From positions 1 through 39,383 of the forward strand of contig CALVYO010000001.1 of assembly GCA_944372275.1 (NCBI GenBank): DNA of 39,383 bases. Reading direction: 5' to 3'. The notes beneath the pieces were generated by a model that searched no databases, was not told the DNA's origin, and worked only from the letters and a program-made list of their open reading frames with translations. Source of the stretch: an uncultured Bacilli bacterium. Lineage in GTDB: Bacteria > Bacillota_I > Bacilli_A > RF39 > UBA660. Of this stretch, positions 34,730-39,383 are shown piece after piece. The translations under genes were made by a program, and so were the position numbers. The number at the start of each line of letters is the position of its first letter. The stretch's first letter is position 1.

Positions 34730-35395
34730 TTAACCATTTTGTGCTTTTTTTAAAGCATCGTGAGCTGCTTGTTGTTCGGCTTCTTTTTTACTATGAGCCA
34801 TTCCTTCACCATAAATAATATTATCTATTTTAACTATTACTTTAAATGTTTTATTATGCGCAGGACCAAACTCATCAACTACAACATATTCTAAAGATCT
34901 TTTATCTGTTTGAACTAATTCTTGTAATATAGATTTATAATCAGTATCAAATTCTATTTCTTTATTTTCAATTAGTATTATAACATTATCATATATAAAT
35001 TTTTTAACATAACTAAATCCTAAATCTAAATACATTGCTCCAATAAACGCTTCAAATATATCCGCAACTATTGCTTTACGATATCTTCCACCATTTTCTT
35101 CTTCTCCATGACCTAACCTTAAATATTTATTTAAATTCAATCTTTTAGCATATTCAAAATTAGCATCTTCACAAACATATTTAGCTCGTAGTTTAGTCAT
35201 AACCCCTTCTTCATAGTCTGTTGTTTGATACAAATATTCACTTATAACTAGTTCTAAAACTGCATCACCTAAATATTCTAGTCTTTCATAACTTTCTTCA
35301 TTATTTTCATTAGCAAATGAAGTATGCGTTAAAGCAGTTATATATAACTTTTCATTTCGATAATCTATTTTTAAATCATTCAACAATTTCATCAA
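34730..35395 (-). CDS. rnc: ribonuclease III
   Basis: Signature ERLEYLGDAVLELVISEYLY. C-terminal dsRBD (..GPAHNKTFKV..GEGMAHSKKEAEQQAAHDAL). Confidence 0.9.
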   Translation of the reverse strand: MMKLLNDLKIDYRNEKLYITALTHTSFANENNEESYERLEYLGDAVLELVISEYLYQTTDYEEGVMTKLRAKYVCEDANFEYAKRLNLNKYLRLGHGEEENGGRYRKAIVADIFEAFIGAMYLDLGFSYVKKFIYDNVIILIENKEIEFDTDYKSILQELVQTDKRSLEYVVVDEFGPAHNKTFKVIVKIDNIIYGEGMAHSKKEAEQQAAHDALKKAQNG

Positions 35396-35472
35396 ATCAC
35401 CACATATATTATACTATAAAATTATCAAAAATAAAATTTACTTTTTATATTTTTTAATGTATAATTATTATT

Positions 35473-35694
35473 ATGAAATATTTTTTATTAGGATTTATTA
35501 AAACATATCAGATGATACCGGGACCTTGGCATAATTGTTGTAGACATACTCCTACTTGTTCAAATTATGGAATCGAAGCAATAATAAAACATGGTTCATT
35601 TAGAGGTAGCATTTTGACTATTAAAAGAATAATTAGGTGTAACCCATTTGGAAGTTGTGGTTATGATCCTGTACCAGAGAGGAGAAAAAAATGA
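35473..35694 (+). CDS. yidD: membrane protein insertion efficiency factor YidD
   Basis: [17 protein letters not shown]...[22 protein letters not shown]. Confidence 0.9.
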   Translation: MKYFLLGFIKTYQMIPGPWHNCCRHTPTCSNYGIEAIIKHGSFRGSILTIKRIIRCNPFGSCGYDPVPERRKK

Positions 35695-36584
35695 AAAAAA
35701 TTATTTTATTAATTATTAGTATTTTATGTTTAACAGGATGTTTTAAAAGAGATACGATGGAAGGAATAAATATTTATACAACTATTTATCCAATTACTTA
35801 TATAACCGAAAGATTATATGGTGAATATAGTAATATCGAAAGTATTTATCCAAATGGCGTTAATATTCAATTAGAAAAATGTGAAGAATGTGACAATTTA
35901 CTTTATACATTAACAGATAAACAATTAACAGATTATAGTAAAGCAGATTTATTCATATTTAATTCATTATTGTATGAAGGTGAATATGTTAAACCGATGT
36001 TTGAAAATAATAAAAAATTAAAAATAATTAATGCAACAGATAATTTAACAATGGATGAATTTTATGGTTTAGAAGAGATATGGTTCGATCCATCAAGATT
36101 ATTAACTTTAGCGCGTAGTATTAAAAATGGTTTAAATGAATATATTAGTAACTATTATTTAAAACAAAATATTGAAAATAATTTTAATACTTTAAAAGAA
36201 GAATTGGATAAAATTGGATCTAAATTATCTGATACAACTAAAGAAGCGACAAATAAAATATTAGTTACAAATGATGAAATGTTTGAATTTTTATCACGAG
36301 ATAAATACGGTTTAACAGTTTATGTTTTAGATGAAAATGCGAATAGTAAAACAATAAGTGATGTCAAATCTTTAATTGAAATTGATAAAGTAAATTATAT
36401 ATACATTAAACAATATGACGAACCAAATGAAATAATTAATAATTTAATTGAGGGAACTGATGTTGAAATAATAAAATTACATATGTTAACTAACTTAACA
36501 GAAAATGAAATAAGCAATAAAAAAGATTATTTTACTATAATGAATGAAAATATTGAATTATTAAGAAAAAATTTATATAATTAA
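35691..36584 (+). CDS. ZnuA/TroA-like (cluster-9) solute-binding lipoprotein, possibly degenerate
   Basis: Lipobox [21 protein letters not shown] near the N-terminus. WFDPSRLL stands where metal-binding members have DPH(I/V)W. No cognate permease or ATPase genes are adjacent. Confidence 0.55.
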   Translation: MKKIILLIISILCLTGCFKRDTMEGINIYTTIYPITYITERLYGEYSNIESIYPNGVNIQLEKCEECDNLLYTLTDKQLTDYSKADLFIFNSLLYEGEYVKPMFENNKKLKIINATDNLTMDEFYGLEEIWFDPSRLLTLARSIKNGLNEYISNYYLKQNIENNFNTLKEELDKIGSKLSDTTKEATNKILVTNDEMFEFLSRDKYGLTVYVLDENANSKTISDVKSLIEIDKVNYIYIKQYDEPNEIINNLIEGTDVEIIKLHMLTNLTENEISNKKDYFTIMNENIELLRKNLYN

Positions 36585-36599
36585 GTAAGGAGGTATTTT

Positions 36600-37337
36600 A
36601 TGTGGATTATTTTAATTATTGTTGTTTTAGTTATTTTATCATCAGTTAAACAAATTGATGAATATGAACGAGGCGTTAAATTTACAACTGGAAAATTCAG
36701 CAAAATGATGGAACCAGGTTGGAGATTAGTTTTACCAATTTTTCAATCATTTAAAAAAGTTGATATTAGAACAAAAGCAGTTGATGTTCCTGAACAAGAG
36801 GCAATTACTAAAGATAATGTTTCAGTTAAAATTAATGCGGTATTATACTACAAAGTATTCGATGCTTCTAAAGCAATATTAGCCGTTGAAAACTTTAGAT
36901 ATGCAGTTAGTCAATTAGCCCAAACAACTATGCGTAATGCTGTTGGAGCTGTATCATTAGATGAGTTATTAGGTGAAAGAGAAAAAATTTCTACTGAAAT
37001 ATGTAAAGTGATTGATGAAGCAACTGATCCTTGGGGAATCAAAGTTGAAAATGTCGAATTAAAAGATATTTCATTACCAGAAGAAATGAAAAGAGTTATT
37101 GCTAAAGCTGCTGAAGCAGAAAGAGAAAAAACTGCTGTAATTACTAAAGCACAAGGTGAAGTTGAAGCATCACAAAATCTAGCCAAAGCTGCTGAAATTA
37201 TGGCTACAACTCCAGGTGCTTTACATCTAAGAACATTATCAACATTGAATGATATTAGTTCTGATCAATCAAATACAATTATATTTGCTGTTCCAATTGA
37301 AGTATTAAGAGCATTTGAAAATAATGATAAAAAATAG
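36600..37337 (+). CDS. SPFH/band-7 (stomatin-like) membrane protein
   Basis: N-terminal TM, then EYERGVKFTTGKF..., ..TKDNVSVKINAVLYYKV.., and an Ala/Glu-rich coiled coil (AKAAEAEREKTAVITKAQGE). Confidence 0.85.
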   Translation: MWIILIIVVLVILSSVKQIDEYERGVKFTTGKFSKMMEPGWRLVLPIFQSFKKVDIRTKAVDVPEQEAITKDNVSVKINAVLYYKVFDASKAILAVENFRYAVSQLAQTTMRNAVGAVSLDELLGEREKISTEICKVIDEATDPWGIKVENVELKDISLPEEMKRVIAKAAEAEREKTAVITKAQGEVEASQNLAKAAEIMATTPGALHLRTLSTLNDISSDQSNTIIFAVPIEVLRAFENNDKK

Positions 37338-37351
37338 ACTTTCGTCTATTT

Positions 37352-38557
37352 TTATTTTATCCAATCTTTACCTTCAACCAATCTTGTAACTAACATTGAA
37401 CTTGATACATCCCCTACTACATTTAAACAAGTGGCTGGTGGATCAATTAACCAACCAATTGTAGCAATAATTGGAAATGCTTCTAAAGGAAATCCATATA
37501 AAGAAACTATTAACATTTCACCTATTAAACCACCGCCAGGAATTCCAGACATAACTACTGCACTTAATACTGCTATTGTTATTGCTATAGCATAAGTATC
37601 AAATCCTACAAACGGCATATTAAATATTCCAAATAAAAATACTATTTTTAAAATTGCTCCCATACTAGAGCCTTCCATATGCATTGTAGCACCGATAGGT
37701 AATGTTACATCTCTTATATCTTTAGGTATATTCATATTACTAGCTGTTTCTAAATTAGTTGGTAAACTTGCTAATGAAGACTGTGTTGCTAAAGATGTGG
37801 CTGCTGCTGAAAATATATTTTTATAAAATAATTTAACTCCTTTTTTCTTACCTGCAATATAAGCATATAAATAATAAAATATTACAAAATAAACTACACA
37901 CATTACATAATATAAAATCATACTTTTAGCATAACTACCAATTAATTGTGGACCAAATTCCCCTATTAAATTAGCAAAATAAGCACATAATCCGATTGGT
38001 GCATAATACATAATAATATTAATTATTTTCATCATTACATTAGATATATTTTCTAATGATTTAGCTAATTTATCATTCTTAGTTAAAGCCACACCAATAC
38101 CAAATAATATCGTAAATATTATTAAAGGTAACATATTGCTTCTAGATAATAAATTAGAAAAATCAGTTACTGTTAATGCTTGAACAATTTGATCACCAAT
38201 ACTTACTTCGGTAGCCTCGCCTTGTTCTAAAACGATATTCGCATTACCAACTGGATCAATTACTTTAGTAACACCTAACATTAAAATTCCGGCTACTGCA
38301 CTAGTTAAGATAAATACTAAAAAAACATATTTTAATATTTTACCTAATCTTTTTAAATTAACCATATTAGCAATACTACTAGATATTGTAAAGAATACTA
38401 AAGGTACTACAATCGTATACATCATATTTAAAAATATTGTTCCAAATGGTTTTAATATAACAGCATCTTCTTCTAAAATTATACCTAAAATACAACCTAT
38501 TATAATAGAAAATAATAATATAATTGGAAATTTATAATTTTTCCAAAACTTTTTCAT
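37352..38557 (-). CDS. dicarboxylate/amino acid:cation symporter (DAACS) family transporter
   Basis: Polytopic protein. ..ATQSSLASLPTNLE.. and ..LNVVGDVSSSMLV.. match the conserved DAACS hairpin motifs. Confidence 0.8.
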   Translation of the reverse strand: MKKFWKNYKFPIILLFSIIIGCILGIILEEDAVILKPFGTIFLNMMYTIVVPLVFFTISSSIANMVNLKRLGKILKYVFLVFILTSAVAGILMLGVTKVIDPVGNANIVLEQGEATEVSIGDQIVQALTVTDFSNLLSRSNMLPLIIFTILFGIGVALTKNDKLAKSLENISNVMMKIINIIMYYAPIGLCAYFANLIGEFGPQLIGSYAKSMILYYVMCVVYFVIFYYLYAYIAGKKKGVKLFYKNIFSAAATSLATQSSLASLPTNLETASNMNIPKDIRDVTLPIGATMHMEGSSMGAILKIVFLFGIFNMPFVGFDTYAIAITIAVLSAVVMSGIPGGGLIGEMLIVSLYGFPLEAFPIIATIGWLIDPPATCLNVVGDVSSSMLVTRLVEGKDWIK

Positions 38558-38632
38558 TTTTCCCTCCTTAATTAATTATATTTTTTTATAAACAAATATT
38601 ACCATATACATATAATAAATTAGGTGATTTAT

Positions 38633-39232
38633 ATGTATATCGGAATTATAGGAAGAAAAAATGAAGATAAAATAACATTTAATCAAGAAATTATAAATGT
38701 TATTTATAAATATAATTGTATACCTATTGGAATAATAGTTAATTTTAATAATGATTCAGATGAAGAATTTAATAAAATTAAAAATTTACTAGATATATGT
38801 AATGGTTTTATTTTACAAGGTGGCTCAGATTATTACGATATAGATATATTAATAACTAAATACTTATATGATAAAAATATACCAACTTTAGGTATTTGTT
38901 TAGGTATGCAGACGATGGGAATGACATTTAACGGAGTTATGGATGATATTGATGATCATAAAAGTTTAGCTAAATATGTTCACTATATTGAAATAAATAA
39001 TAATTCAAAATTACATCAAATAATTAAAAAAAATAAAATATTAGTTAATAGTCGCCATAAATCATACATTTTAAAAACTGATTTAGATGTTGCTGCAACT
39101 AATAAAATAATAGAAGCAATTGAAGATAAAAATAAAAGATTTTTTATTGGAGTCCAATGGCATCCTGAAAGTTTAATGGATGAAAATAGTATTTTATTGT
39201 TTAATTCTTTCTTTAATAGCATAAAATATTAA
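38633..39232 (+). CDS. class I glutamine amidotransferase-like / peptidase C26 (gamma-glutamyl hydrolase) family protein
   Basis: LGICLGMQ (nucleophile elbow) and GVQWHPE (His-Glu box). The start is trimmed to the ATG at 38633 behind AGGTGA. Confidence 0.75.
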   Translation: MYIGIIGRKNEDKITFNQEIINVIYKYNCIPIGIIVNFNNDSDEEFNKIKNLLDICNGFILQGGSDYYDIDILITKYLYDKNIPTLGICLGMQTMGMTFNGVMDDIDDHKSLAKYVHYIEINNNSKLHQIIKKNKILVNSRHKSYILKTDLDVAATNKIIEAIEDKNKRFFIGVQWHPESLMDENSILLFNSFFNSIKY

Positions 39233-39309
39233 AAAAATTATAAAAAATATTAAAAAAGGCTTGCCAAAATAAAAAAAATAATGTATACTTAATATGCGTT
39301 TCAGAAATT

Positions 39310-39383
<74 letters not shown>

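Overview
Very AT-rich (roughly one quarter G+C by eye) Bacillota-type chromosomal segment. It reads cleanly with the standard code: TGA is used as a stop and Trp is TGG. murD is present, so the organism makes a cell wall.

Right half (20.6-39.4 kb): mostly housekeeping genes.
- Membrane-anchored thermonuclease.
- lexA with Cheo-type SOS boxes and a divergent SOS-controlled mini-operon.
- DUF3800, ftsK, eno, PEBP, murD, yqeY, rpsU, yebC, rnc, yidD.
- ZnuA-like lipoprotein, SPFH protein, DAACS symporter, C26-type amidotransferase-like hydrolase, tRNA-Ile(GAU).
- Two accessory modules interrupt this: a split HipA-like (HipS/HipT-like) pair, and a double-glycine two-peptide bacteriocin locus with a C39-ABC exporter. 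The bacteriocin prepeptide genes are too short for the supplied ORF track.

Left half (75-20484): the standout, a ~20 kb locus almost entirely on the minus strand.
- It encodes at least eleven secreted or membrane proteins with TasA/camelysin-like hallmarks. These are a SipW-type (S/T)-(Y/L)-(A/S) cleavage motif at the end of the N-terminal hydrophobic helix and a shared C-terminal W-x-E-G-x-D ... G ... F-x-F strand motif.
- They are organised as two paralogous A-B-C(-D) cassettes plus a 1096-aa beta-helix/Ig-repeat giant protein and three small TasA-like proteins.
- Two SipW-family genes accompany them. One is catalytically intact but fused to a ~500-aa cytoplasmic extension. The other has lost the Ser and His catalytic boxes.
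- A self-contained Dam-class type II R-M pair, with its own promoter and terminator, is inserted in the middle.

I interpret the locus as an undescribed multi-subunit, SipW-dependent extracellular fibre or matrix system. This is inference from motifs only. No database search or structure prediction was possible.
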